A stretch of 64,000 nt of DNA from Scenedesmus sp. PABB004 (Eukaryota). The stretch covers positions 62,001 through 126,000 of the forward strand of contig JABVCE010000024.1 of the NCBI GenBank assembly GCA_014905635.1, given 5' to 3'. This document shows, piece by piece, positions 12,271 through 24,979 of the stretch. Each line of letters starts with the position of its first letter. Position 1 is the first letter of the stretch. The notes beneath the pieces are model-generated. The model made no database searches, had not been told where the DNA came from, and saw only the letters and a program-made list of their open reading frames with translations. Made by a program: the position numbers and the translations under genes.

Positions 12271-12951
12271 CGCAGCGGCACTGCGCGGCGGCGAGCAGCG
12301 GCGGGCGGCGGGTGAGCTGCCCGCCACGCGGCGCGGAGCGCATCCACGCAACGCAAAGCTGAAGTTTCAGACGTTGCTCCGGGAACGAGCGGCCCCTGCA
12401 GCACTCACCGGCTGCTGCTGCTGCTGCAGGCCCGCCGCCAACTGCCGCGCGGCGCGATCGCACGCACAGCCCGCCACGCTCCCGGCGCCGACGCAGCCTA
12501 TCAACGCGGTCGCGCGCTGCCGCAACTGCGGTCGAATCAGTCAAGAGTCGGCGTTTTACACTGCGGGCCCCGAGCCCTGCACCCCACACAACTCCTGCCT
12601 AGCCCCGCACGCGGGTGATACAGAGTGTGATGCCTCGTGGGTGGGCCGCCCCCGGCTTGTGAGGTGGTGGGTGTGAGCTGTACAAATGCGAGCGCGCACG
12701 CACACGCCTGGGCGGCGGCGGCGGCGGCGGTGCAGCGGGTGCGCCGCCGCCGCGCCTGCGCGCGCAAAACACAGAGACGCGATGCGAGCCGCCCAGCCGC
12801 CAGCCCCCCTCTCTGTGCGCCCGCCCGCCCGCCCTCCCGCTCACCCACCGGGCCGCCCGTCCCCGCCGGCGCGCGCGGGCTTGCGGCGACGCGTCAGGGC
12901 CCGCGCAGGAGACGGGGCCTCAACGGCCCTTCATGGCCCTCCATGGCCCTT

Positions 12952-14523
12952 TCAGGGCTCGAGGGGCCAGTCGAGGTATGCGTAGCCTTCGAGCCGCGAG
13001 CGACAGAAGGGGCAGCTCGCGGCGCCGCCGCTCAGCTCCCACACGCGGCGGTAGCAGTCGACGCACAGGCGGTGCCCGCAGTACTTGATGGCCACGTGGT
13101 TGCGGCTGTCAAAGCACACGCCGCAGCACTCCTCGTCGCCGCTGCTCAGCGACGCGGGCGGGCTTGCGCCGCAGAGCGACGAGCCGACGCTGCCGCCGCC
13201 GGCGGCGAGCGGGCTCGCAGGCGCGCGCGGCGGCGCCGGCGCGGCGGGCGCAGTGACCGCAGCCGGCTGCTGCTGCGCCGCCACCGGCGGCGGCGGGGCC
13301 TCGATGTCAGCCGCGCCGCCAGTGGTGGCCTCCGCCCGAGCCGCTGCCACTGCCGCTACCGCCGCCGCCCTGCGCCCGCTGCGGCTGCTGCGCCGCGCAG
13401 CGCGCGCTGCCGCCTGGCGCTCGTAAAACTCAGCCGCGCGCGCCGCCTGCGCGGCGTCGCCCGCGCGCTGCAGCGCCTCCACCGCCTCGCCCGGCTCCTC
13501 CACCAGCACCAGGCGGCAGTGCGGGGCCGCGGCCTCGGCCTGCGCCGTGTGCGGGCGCGCAGCGGGGCGGGGCGGGGCGGCCGTCGGCCGCCGCGCCGGC
13601 GCGCGCCGCGCCGCCTGCTGCCGCGCACCGCCCCGCGCCCCGCCGCCGCCGCGCCGCGCGGCCGCCGCGCGGGTGCCGCCGCGCCTGCACGAGCTGCCGC
13701 AGCGCGGGCAGGCCGAAGGGGATCTTGTTGCCCAGGAGGCGCAGCTGGCGCAGGCCGCGCGCGGCCGCCGTGGCGCACGCGAGCGCGGCGACGCCCCCCT
13801 CGCTGAGCTCGTTGGCGCTCAGGTCGAGCACCTGCCGGCGGCGCGTGCGCGCGCGTGCGCGTGCGCGTGAGAGTGAGCAAGCAAATCAGTGTGTGTGGGT
13901 GAGCGAAAGGGAGAGGGAGGGAGAGCGAGTGGAGGGAGCGGCCGTCGCACACCGTGCGCGGGGCGCTGCCAGCGGCGCCGCGCGCGCGGCAAAAAACACA
14001 GGCGCGCGGGCTGCGCGGCGCGGCGCGGCGCGGCGCGGCGCGCCGCCGTGCCTGCAGCGTGGCGTTGACCGCGAGCGCGCTGCTCAGCGCCGCGCCGCCG
14101 GCGTCGCCGATGCGGTTGTCCGCCAGCACGAGCCGGCGCAGCGGCGGGCTCGCGCGCAGCACGTCGGCCATCACGCCCGCGCCCTCGTCGCCGAGGCCCA
14201 GGCCGGTGAGATCGAGCGTGTCGAGCTCCCGGAAGAGCAGCGGCGCGCGCGCCATGCAGCGCGGCACGTCGTCGCCCGCGACGACGAGCACCAGCTCAGG
14301 CCCGGCGCCCGGGGGACCGGCCCCGCGCCGCCGCCCTTGCTGCCGGCGCTGCCGGGCGGCGAGCTGAGCTCGCCGCCCGCGGGCGCGGGCGCGGCGGCGC
14401 CGCTGAACCACGCGCCCGCCGCGGCGCTGCTGCCCGCCGCCGCGGGCCGGGGCTCACGACGCCAAACGCTGCGGCCGGGTGGTGCGGCACCTCGACCGGC
14501 GGCGGCGCCGTCCACGCGCGCAC

Positions 14524-14575
<52 letters not shown>

Positions 14576-17334
14576 GCCGCCGCCGCCGGCCGGCGCGAGC
14601 AGCGGCGCGCGCTCGTCGTCGTCGCCCGGCGTCGCCGGCGGCGGCGCGCCCGCGCCGGGCGCCGCCGGCGCGAGCGGCGCCGCGTCGCCGCCGCCGCCGC
14701 CCCCGCCGTCGTGCTCGTCCGCGTCCGGCCCTGCCAGGCCCTGCCACGCGTCCATGATGAGGGCATCCTGGTCTGACACCGCGAGCCACCGCACGCGCTC
14801 CAGGCCCTGCACCGTGAAGGTGCCGATCGGGAGGTTGCAGGCGAGGCTGGGCGGCGCCTTGGGCGCCGCCTGCGCGGCCACCGCGGCGAGCAGCTTGCGC
14901 GCGCCGTCGGTCGCGAGGTCGGCCTGTGAGACCGCGAGCACGCGCAGGCTGCTGCTGCTCGTGAGCGCCTGGGCGGCGGCGCGGCCGGCGGCGGCGGGTG
15001 GTGGTGAGAGGGGCAGCAAGCAAGCCGCGCGCCCCCCAATCCCCTGCCACCCATCACACACCCACGCCACACACAGACAGACGCGCGCCGCCCGCGCGCG
15101 CGCACCTGCGCGAGGCTGTCGGTCGCCGCCGGGCCGAGCGCGACAAAGGCCACGTTGAGCCCCGTCAGCACCTTGCTGCACGCGGCCGCCGCCGCGATGG
15201 CCGCCGCGCCGTCCTCGCCGAGGCCCTGGCTGCCGGCCAGGTTGAGCTGGCGCAGCGTCTTGTTGCCGCGCAGGCCGGCCGCGAGCGCCGCGGCGGGCGG
15301 CGCGGCGGAAGCGGCAGCGGCACAGCTCCAGCTGCTGCAGCGTCGGCGTCGCCTCCAGCAGCCGCGCGAGCGCGGCGGCGGCCGCGCTCGTCAATGACGA
15401 CCTGCGCGGCGGGCGGCGGGCGGCGGATGGAGGGCCCGCGCTCGGCGGCGCTCGGCGGACCTGCCCACACACACACGCCTCGCATGCCCCCATCCCCCCC
15501 CCCCCCCCCCACACACACACTCCAACACCCACCTGGTGGAGCTGCAGGCTGCGCAGCGCGGCGCAGCCGAGCAGCGCGGGCGGCAGCTTGGCCGCGTCGC
15601 GGCCGGCGAGGCTCGCGCTGACGAGGCGCACGACCGAGGCGTTGGGCACGTGCGGCAGCGCCTCGGCCAGCAGCTGCGCGCGCGCGCGCGCGCACGAGCG
15701 GGTGGCGGCGGCGGGGGCAGCCGAGCGCGGTGTCAGCAACACGGAACCTCCTGCCGCCTGCCCCTCGCCGCCGTGGGCTTCAACCCTAAACCCTCAACAC
15801 CCAACCCCCTATACCCCGGCCGCCCACCTGGCCGAGCATGACGTCGGGCGTGACCTCCAGCACCACCTCTGCCACGCCCGGCCCGCCGTGCGCGCCAAAG
15901 ACGACGCGCGCGAGCGCCATGAGCTGCCCCGGGGCCAGCAGGCCGCCGTTGGAGGGCGTGAGGTACTCGGGGACCATGCTCGCAGCCTGGGCGGCCGCGA
16001 CGCCAGCGTGAGACAAGACGTGTGCGGTGGAGGCGGCGGCGGCGCTGCGTGAGACAAGACGCGCGCGGCGCTGCGTGGCGCTGCGCTGCGCTGCACGGCA
16101 CTGCGCCGCGAGCTGGGGGGCGCGCGCTGCCGCCGCCGCCCCCGCCCCAGCGCCCCGCCCCCCGCTCCCCACCACCCAGCACCCGCGCCGCACCGCGTCC
16201 GAGGCGTCGTCGGGCGGCTCCTCCGCGCTGCAGAGGTGCACGACGCGGCCGAGCGCCGCGCCGCCGGCGCCGCCGCCGCCGCGCAGCACGCGCGCCAGGT
16301 TGTCGCGCAGCACCGGCAGGCTGAGCCGCGCCGAGCCGCGCACGCGGAGCAGCGCGAGCGCGTGGCGCGGCCAGCCCGCGCCGCTCGCGGCCGCGGCGGC
16401 GCTGAAGAGCATGGACTTGTCCACCAGGTTGGCGGCGTGCGCGACCAGCGCCTGCGGGGGATGGGGGGCGGGGTTAAGGGTTTGAAGAGGGGAAGGCGAG
16501 GGGACGCGCGGCGCGGGCGGCGGCGGTGCAGGCGCAGGGCGGCGCAGGGGGAGGGCGACGCGCGCGGCCGCGGCGCGCCGCGCCTGCAGCAGGATGGGCC
16601 AGGGCACGGGCACGGCGGGGCCGGCGGGGCTGGCGTTGCGCGCGAGCAGCGCGGCGATGACGCACAGCTCGGGGGCGGACTGCAGCCAGGCCTGCAGCAC
16701 GAGGCGGCTCGTCTTGAAGTTCTCTGTGTGGGTGGGGTGGGGGGGAACGGGCGTGGGGGAAAGGGGGAGGGGGGAGTGTGGGTGGGCGGGCGGTGGGGCG
16801 TGTGTGGGGGTGTGGGTGGGTGTGTGGGGGGGGGGGAGGTTGAAGCACACACACACCACTGGCAACACAGGCCCTTGCGCGGCCAGCAAGGCCCCCCCTA
16901 ACACTCACACAACACAACACACAACACACACACACGACACGCACAGCACACAATAATAATACACTCACCGACGTAGACGAGGTCTGTGTACTTGAACAGT
17001 CCCTTGCGCGGCGCGGCGGTCACGACCGCGGCGGCGAGGTCTAGAATGAGAAGCGAGAAGAGCAGCGCGGTCGCGAGGTAGCACACGACGCAGTAGGCCA
17101 CAAACAGCAGGCCTGGGTGGGGTGAGCGGGGGTGAGCGGGGGTGAGCGGGTGCGTGGGGTGGGGGGGGGGGGGTGGGGTGTGTGTGTGTGTGGGGGGGAT
17201 GTGTGTGAGTGTGAGTGTGGGCGTGTGTGGCCGCCCGCCGCGCGCGCCCGCCGCGCCGCCGCGCCCCCTTGCGCGCGCGGCGGGCGGCCCCGCGCACAGA
17301 GGCGGCTGCTTTGCTTGGCCTCCCCACGCGGTGC

Positions 17335-17380
<46 letters not shown>

Positions 17381-18534
17381 CCAACCCACTCCCATAGCCC
17401 TATCCGACCGCCGCACAGCCCTGAACCGCGGCGGGCGGCGCGCCGCGCACCCGAGGCGGCGATGAGCACATAGGCCACAAACCCCACCACGAGCACGGCG
17501 AGCCCCGCGACGCCCTGGGGCAGGGGCGCGAGGCTCTCAAAGGGGTTTAGGCTGAGAATGAACCCGCACGCCTGCGCCGCGGCGGAGAGCCAGCCCTGGC
17601 GCACGATGAGCAGGAGCGACATGACCACGTGGGGCCCGAGCGTGAAGCCGGTGCCCAGCCCCGCAAACAGCAGCGACCCCGCGCCGTACAGCTCCTGCGG
17701 GGCGGGAGGGGGGGGGGGGGGGGCGGCAGGACGGGCGCGGCGCCGGTTGGTCGGAGAGAGAGAGAGGGGGGGGGGGGGGCGCGGCGAGGCTGCTGCGCCG
17801 GGCGGCCGGGCGGCACGGCGGCCGACCACTCCCGAGACACACCCACACCCACACCCCACCACCCCCACCCCCCCCACCCCCACAGCCCCACCCACCTTGA
17901 GCAGCAGCGCGTCGGCCACGATGGCCCAGTAGAAGAGGGCCAGGCGCGCCACGTCAGCGACGTAGCACGCGACGCCCGACCCGCACGACGCGCGCGCCGC
18001 CTGCGCGGCACCGGCGCGGCGCGCGCGTGCGCGGTGGGCGCGCGAGCACGGCGCGCGGGCAGGCTCCGCCGCCACCGCGCGCAGCTGCCGCCGCGCGCGG
18101 GCGCGCCGGCGCCGCACCGCGTCGATCACGCCGCGCTCGTCGTCGCTCTTGCGCGACGCGTCCTCGCCGCCCTCGCTGCCGCTGCTGAGCAGGCCCGTCT
18201 CGATGTCGGCGCCGCCGCCGCTGCCGCGCTCCGACGCGATCTCGCCGCCCCAGTCGCTGCCGGCGGCGCGGGCGCGTCGCCGGCGTCGGCGGGCTCGCCG
18301 CCGAGCAGCGGCGCCGACAGCTCATCGTCCTGCGCGCGGCGCCGGCGCGCGGGCGCGGGGCGGGCGGGCGCGCGTGTGAGGCGCGCCCCCGGCGCTGCGG
18401 GGCGGCGGCAGGGCTGCGGCGCGGCGCGCTGGCGGCGGCGGAACGCGCCCGCCGCGCGGCGCCACTGCCGCCGCCGCCGCCGCCGCCGCCGGGGCGCGCT
18501 CGCGGCGCCGCCGCACCCGCGCTGCCCTTGCCAT
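12952..18534 (-). CDS. Multi-pass membrane protein: XK-related-like TM region + ribonuclease-inhibitor-type LRRs + C-terminal C3HC4 RING finger; ~13 exons
   Basis: TM exons FYWAIVADALLLK|ELYGAGSLLFAGLGTGFTLGPHVVMSL and RLVLQAWLQSAPELCVIAALL. LRRs LRSLQLHQ, LQQLELCRC, LRQLNLAGSQGLGEDGAAAIA, LDTLDLTGLGLGDEGAGVMA, LRRLVLADNRIGDAGGAALS, LDLSANELSEGGVAALA. RING CGVC..CGHRLCVDC..CPFCRS, stop at 12952. The start exon (MARAAR, 18517-18534) and four 1-nt frame breaks are inferred. Confidence 0.75.
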
Positions 18535-18867
18535 GCCGCCGGCGCTGATCCGCCCGGGCGTCAGGCCATGCGGCTCCGTGAGCGGGCCGAGAGCTGCTGC
18601 TGCTGCCGCGGCGCCCTGGCCAGCGCCTGCGCCCGCCGCGTGCGTGGCGGCTTTGCGCGACTCTGCCGGCTCACCCGGACTGCCTCGCGGGGGCCGCTTG
18701 AATCGGGATTCCCGCCCTGCAGACAGGGCGCGCCCGCCCCGCTGCCGTCGCCTCGCGCAACAAGGCCGCGGCGCGCCCCCCTCCACCTCCACCTTTCTTC
18801 TCGCCCCCCGCACCCAGCCGGCCGCAGCGCCGAGCCCGCCACCCACCCGCAGCAGCCAGGCGCCAAA
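18535..18867. promoter_or_regulatory. Compact divergent (bidirectional) promoter region between the XK-LRR-RING gene and NDP kinase
   Basis: Head-to-head ATGs at 18534(-) and 18868(+), 333 nt apart; depends on the inferred start exon of the minus-strand gene. Confidence 0.5.
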
Positions 18868-20130
18868 ATGGCCACCGAGCGCAGCTACATCATGATCAAG
18901 GTGCGGTCGCCTCGCAGCCAGCCCGGCCGGCGTGGCCGGCGTGGCCGGCGCAGGGACGCGCCGCGCGCAGGCGCCCGCCAATCGTTGATGGCCGCCGGCG
19001 GGCGCGCCCGGGCGCGGCTGGGCCCAGGCGCCGCGCCCACGGCTAGGCAACAGCGAGGGCAACCGCGGGCGCGCCGACGTGGGGCGCGCCCGCGCCCCGT
19101 CACGCCGCGCCGCCGCCCGACGCCCCGCCGCGCCCGCCGCCGCAGCCGGACGGCGTGCAGCGCGGCCTCGTGGGCGAGGTCATCAAGCGCTTCGAGCAGG
19201 TGCGGCTGGGAGCGGCCCCGGCGCGCCCGCGCCCGTGCGCCCGCGCCCCGCGCGGCCGCGCAGCAACCGCCCGCGCCGCAGCGCGGCTACAAGCTCGTCG
19301 GCCTCAAGATGCTCAACGTCGAGCGCAGCCTCGCGGAGAAGCACTACGCCGACCTCAGCTCCAAGCCCTTCTTCGGCGCGCTCGTCGACTACATCGTCTC
19401 CGGCCCCGTCGTCGCGATGGTGCGCGCCGCAGCCGCAGCCGCCGGCGCCGCCGCCGCGCCGCCGGCGCTGCCGCTGCGCGCTGCGCGCCGCGACGGCGCG
19501 CCCGCACGGCGCGCGGCACGTGGGCCAGGCCCAGCGCGTGCCGCCCAGCGCGCCGCCGCGGGCCGGCTCCGGGCTGTGCCGCCGCCGACGCCGCGGGCGC
19601 CGCCGCCGCCGCCGGCGCCGCAGGTGTGGGAGGGCCGCAACGTGGTGCTGACCGGGCGCAAGATGATCGGCGCGACCAACCCCCAGGCCAGCGAGCCCGG
19701 CACGATCCGCGGAGACTACGCCATCGAGGTGCGCAGCGCGCAGCGCGCGGGGCGGGCGGGGCGGGGCGTGCGCGCGGCGCTTGCAGGACAGGGCACGCGC
19801 GCGGCGCGGGCGGCGGCGGCGGCTGCCCGCTGCGGCGGCGCCGCCCGAACAGCGCGCCGCCGCCGTGCGCGCAGGTCGGCCGCAACGTGATCCACGGCAG
19901 CGACAGCGTCGAGAACGCGCAGAAGGAGATTGCGCTCTGGTTTGGCGGTGAGCGGGCCGGCAGGCAGCGCGGGCGTGCGCGCGGGAGGCAGGCGGCGCGC
20001 CGGCGGGGTGTGCGGCGGCCGCGGCGGGCACGCCGCGTGCCGCGCCGCTCACCGTGCGCCGCGGCGCCGGCCGGCCGCAGAGGAGCTGGCCGACTGGACC
20101 CCCGCCGCGCGGCCCTGGATCTACGAGTGA
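18868..20130 (+). CDS. NDPK1: Cytosolic nucleoside diphosphate kinase (type I), 6 exons
   Basis: [39 protein letters not shown]...[11 protein letters not shown]...[11 protein letters not shown]...[60 protein letters not shown]; active-site HGSD; all introns GT-AG. Confidence 0.97.
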
Positions 20131-20805
20131 TGCCCTCGGCGCGCAGCGGCAGCGGCGTGCGAGCGTAGGCAGGAGCGGACGCGGCGGTCCCAGGCGGGCT
20201 CCGGGCGCAGCTCAGGGATGTGCGCCGGCGCACCGGGTTGCGCCGAGCTGCGCCTGGGTTGCGCCAGCAGAGCGCCTCCTGCGGGCACAAGGTGCAACCG
20301 GCTGACGTCGGGTGACGGCGAGTGGTCGGTCGGGCCGGCCTGCGCCGCCACTGCTCCGCAATGAGGCGCAGTGTCCACCATTCAGCCAGAGTCCGTCGCC
20401 CGTCTTTCAAGGCCCAGCATGGCGGACGACTGTCGAAGCAGCAGCGCGCCGCCGCCGGTGCTGCCGCACCGGCAGCCGCGCGGCGACCGTCAAACACACA
20501 GCGCTGCCATCTTTCCGGTTGACAGCGGTGCCTCCGCCGCTGCCGGCGCGGCAGACTCCGTTCTTTTGTCTGGCCGGCCCCGGAACCCGCGCAAGGGGGT
20601 CATAGACTATGATTCATAGTGTTTGGTGCCCCGGCACGCCTGCTGCGCCGCCATCCTCGCTCATTGAATGTGTACAGGAGCACTGGGCACGCGCGGGGCA
20701 CGCCAGCGTCGCCAGCTGAGCGGGGAGCGGAGATGATTGGTTTCGCCCGAGCCGCTCCCCGCCTGTAGCCGCTCCGCGACGGGCGCTGTGCCACAGGATC
20801 CATAG

Positions 20806-23800
20806 ATGGGCTGTGTGGGGTCCAAATCCGAGCCGGCGGGCGCCGATGATGCGGCGCTGCCCGCGGCGGAGCCCAGCGACCTGGCCGCTCCAGCCGCTGC
20901 CCAGGCGCCGCTGCCGAGCGAGGAGCCGGAAGCCAAGAGCCAGCCTGAGCCCGGCCCCAGGGACCTCAGCGAGCTCATGCGCCAGGTAGGTGGGCAGCAG
21001 CGCCGGGTACGCTGCTGCCGCGAGTGCCGCCGCGCCCTCTGCTCCGCCGCCGCCGCCAACCGGCCCGCCGCACCTCCCGCACAGGTCCTGAACACGCTGC
21101 GGGAGCTGGCGGTGATCGAGGCGGACGGCTCGCGTGCGTCAGCCGACGCCGCGGCCGCCGTGCTGCTGGCGAGCTTCCCCGAGGCCGACCACGCCGCGAT
21201 CTCCATGTGCCGGGGCAGCATGAGCGTGCTGGCGGGCGTGGCCGGCGAGGGCACGGCGCTGGCGCGGGAGCGGCCGCTGAGCACGGACCCGCGCGTGGCG
21301 GCGGCGGTGGTGGACGCGCAGGGGACCGCCCGCGCGTCGCTGCTGATGACCGTCGCCGCCGGGCAGCCGCCCCCCGACGCGCTGCCGCCGGTGGGTTGGC
21401 GTGTGGGCGGCGCGCGGGGCGCCGCTCGTGCGCGTGCGCGCCGCGACCGCCGCCCGCGCGTCCGGACGCGCCCGCCGCCCCCTCGCAGGACTGGCGCCGC
21501 CTGCACGAGCGCGCGGGCCTGTCGTCGTTCGTGGCGGTGATGCTGTGCGCCGCGGGCGAGCCCCTGGGCGTGGTCACGCTGGCGTCCAAGCAGGCGGGCG
21601 CGTTTGACGAGCCGTGGTGGGACTTGATCCTCGGCATGCTGTCGCCGGGCTTCAGGGCGCTGCTGGGCCACCACCTGTTTGGGGGCCTGCTGGAGCTCGT
21701 CCACGGGCTGCACAGCCGCCGAGACGACGACCCGCACGTCTTCACGGCGCAGCTGCTGCAGGTGCGGCGCGCGCCTGCCCGCCAGCGCGCCGCTGCTGCA
21801 GAGCCTGCGTCACGTGCTGCCGTCGGTGTCCGCACGCAGGGCGCTGCCGCGCTGCTTTGGAGCGCCACAAAGCACCATGTGCACGTGCGGCTGGGGCTGG
21901 TCACCCCCGACGGCAGCACGGTGCTGCTGCAGCACCTCGTGCAGCACCAGGAGACCAGCAATGGCAGCGCCCCAGGTGTGTGGCGCCGCTGACGTCTGCG
22001 GCGGGCGGCCGGGAGGCCCCGCCGGCTGGCGCGCCCACCGCAGGCTGCCGCGCCGCGCGCGTGCGCTGGCCGCAGGTGGCGCGCGTCTGCGGGCCATGCG
22101 CCTGGATGCGGAGCGGTGCATTCTGCAGGACGCGCTGCAGAGCAGGGCGCCCCGGCTCGTGAACGACCCAGCCAAGCTCGCACAGGTGAGGGCCGGGGGT
22201 GTTGCGCGGGGGGGGGGGGGGGGGGCGCCGCCGCGCAGCGGCGCTGCACGAGGGCCGCGGGCCGAGCCCGCGCCGCGCGCGCGCGCGCGCGGCCCGCAGG
22301 AGTCCACGCGCCCGCCCCTGGACCTGCTGGTCAGCGGGCAGGAGGGCGCGGCGGTGCTCGCCGTCATCCCGTTCACGCTCACGCACGCGTCCGCGGCGGC
22401 CGGCGGCCTCTACTTTGCGTTCGACGCCCCCGGCGCCCTGATGTCAGGGCCCGTGCGGCTGGCGATCACCAACGTGGCTTCAATGCTTGAGCTCGCCGTC
22501 CTGGACGACAAGCTGCAGCCCGGCGGCCTCCTCGCGCGCGCACTCGGCGACGGCGCGTCGCCCGCGGGCACGCCCCCGCCCGTGCCGGCGGCCGCGGCGC
22601 GGCTCGACATTGCACACATGGTGCAGGTGCGGCGCCCGCGGGGGCAGCCGCCGCCCCGCACGCTCCGCTGGTGCGGCGGCTGAGGGCTGCCACGCGCGCG
22701 CGCTTCGCCCCGCAGCTGATGCAGGCGCAGGTGCGGCAGCTGCAGGACCAGGCTGGCGGCGACGGCGACGGCGACGGCGGCGGCGGCAGCCGCCGCCGCA
22801 GCAGCGGCGGCGGCGGGGAGTACCTGCGAGAGCTGCAGCTGCTGCAGGTCATCGGGCGCGGGGGCTTTGGCGTGGTGTACAAAGGCACCTGGCAGGGCTG
22901 CGTGTGCGCGGTCAAGGTCGTGGCCGTGCCGCAGCAGCAGCGCCGCATGATGAAGGGCGCGATGGAGATGGCGGTGCAGCACACGCTCAGCCACCCCAAC
23001 GTCGTGCGTGCCCGCCCCGCGCCGCGCCCGGCGCGCGCGCACAGCACGCTTGCAGCGCAGCCCCCCGCGCCGCGCGCCGCCTGCCTGGCACCCCGCGCCT
23101 TCCTGCGCGCCAACCCGCGCCTGCCCGCGCCACAGGTGCGTGTGTTTGCTGTCTACTGTGACATGGTCGAGGAGAGGGGTGCGCGCCGCGCACTGTGCAC
23201 GCCCCCGGCGCGCTGCGCGCCGCGCCGCGCGGCCTGGCCGAGCCCGCCCGCGCGCCGCGCGCCGCGCGCCGCGCGTTGCAGTGAGCAGCGGCCGCGCCAG
23301 CTTCGACCCGACCGCGCTGCGCTACCGGCCGGTGGGGCCGGGCGACGCTGCGGGCGGCATGACCGTCAACATCATCGTCCAGGAGCTCTGCCGCGAGGGC
23401 TCGCTCAGCGCGGCCACGCGGCGCGGGCTGCTGCTGCTGCGCCGGCCGGCCGGCGGCGTGGAGGTCCACACGCAGCGCCTGCTGCTGGTGCGCGCGCGCC
23501 TGCGCCGCCGTGCGGCGCCTGCGCCGTGTGCGCGCGCGCCGGCGCGTCCTGAACCCCGCTGCGCCCCGTTGCAGGTGCTGCTGGACGTGGCGCGCAGCCT
23601 CGAGTACGTGCACGGTGTGGGACTGCTGCACAATGACCTCAAGTCGGGCAACGTGCTGCTGCAGGCCAGCGCCGGCAGCCCGCTGGGCGTCGTGTGCAAG
23701 GTGGGCGGGGCGGGGCGGGGCGGCCGGGTGGCGCCGGCGCGCGGCCGGCGGGCGCCGCGCAGCCCGTGCCGCCTGCCGCCTGGCTGCCACCGACGCCCTG

Positions 23801-24908
23801 CCGTCGCCGCGCTGCCCCTGCTGCTGCGCAGCTGGCCGACTTTGGGCTCGTCAAGGTGTGTGGGGGGGGGGGGGGGGTGTCTGTGCGTGCGCGCGTGTGT
23901 CAGGGAGGAAGCACCTGCGGGCGTGCACGGCAGTGCGCGCCCAACGTCGCGACACCCCGGCGGCCTCCACTCACCCACACCCACACCCACCCGCCCTCAC
24001 CCGCCCACCCGCACCCACCCACGCCCGCCACACAGATGATCGCCGAGCGCATGTACATCCGCAACAAGAGCGTGAGCGGCACGTGAGTGCGGCGGCCGCC
24101 GGGGCGCGCGCACGCCCCCGCGCGCTGGCCCCCGCGCAGCGCTCACCGCACCCCGCGATCCCCCTTCCCCCGCCCACGCGCGCCGCACGCAGCATCAACC
24201 ACCTCGCGCCCGAGCGCTTTGAGCCAGGCAGCCGCGTCGGCAAGGGCGTGGTGAGCGCCGGCGCCGCGCGGGCAGTGCTCGGGCCGCGCGCGCCGCCGCC
24301 GCCACACGCCGCCGCCGCTCAGGCTCGACCCCACCGCATGCCGCCGCTTGTGTCTGTGCCTGTGTCTGTCTGTCTGCGTCTGTGTGTCTGTTTGTTGTGA
24401 CTGCGCGCGACTGACTCGCAGGACATATACGCCTTTGGCATGCTCATGTTTGAGCTCTACACCCAGCGGCAGCCGTTTGACGGCCTGCACCCCATCGGCC
24501 TCGTGCGCGCGTGAGCGGCGGCGCGCGCCGCCGCGCCTGCTCACCCGCGGCGCACGCCCAGCGCGCCGCCCAGCGCTCGCCGCGCCGCCCAGCGCGCGCC
24601 GCCCAGCGCTCGCCGGCGCCGCCGCCGCGCGCAGCGTGATGCGCGGGGCGCGGCCCGAGTTCCCGCCCGGTACGCCGGCTGCCTACCGCGCCCTGGCTGC
24701 GGCGTGCTGGGCGCACAAGGCGGAGCAGCGCCCGACGGCGGCGTTCCTGGTGTCGACGCTGCAGGTGCGCGCGGCGGCGCCGACGACCGCCGCCGCGCGG
24801 CTGCGCACCGCTCACGCAGCCGCCGCCGCCGCCGCCGGCCATGCGCGCGCGCAGGGCATGCTCAGCCTGGGCCCGCCGGCTGCCGGCGCGGCTCGCGGTC
24901 AGTCATAA
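20806..24908 (+). CDS. N-myristoylated/palmitoylated GAF-like sensor + tyrosine-kinase-like Ser/Thr protein kinase; ~16 exons
   Basis: MGCVGSK start; GAF-like DWRRLHERAGLSSFVAVMLCAAGEPLGVVTLASKQAGAF; kinase motifs IGRGGFGVVYKG, CAVK, HPNV, HNDLKSGNVLL, ADFGL, GTINHLAPE, DIYAFGMLMFE, CWAHKAEQRPTA; TAA at 24906-24908. Confidence 0.88.
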
Positions 24909-24979
24909 ATAACTGCGCGTGCACGTGGCGCGTGCGTGGAGGAGGCTTGTGGCCCGGGAGGGGGAGGGGGAGGGGGCGA

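Noticed and set aside
16006..16061. 15-bp direct repeat GCGTGAGACAAGACG as a target-site duplication
   Set aside because: Only 26 nt between the copies, inside an intron; best explained as a small local duplication.
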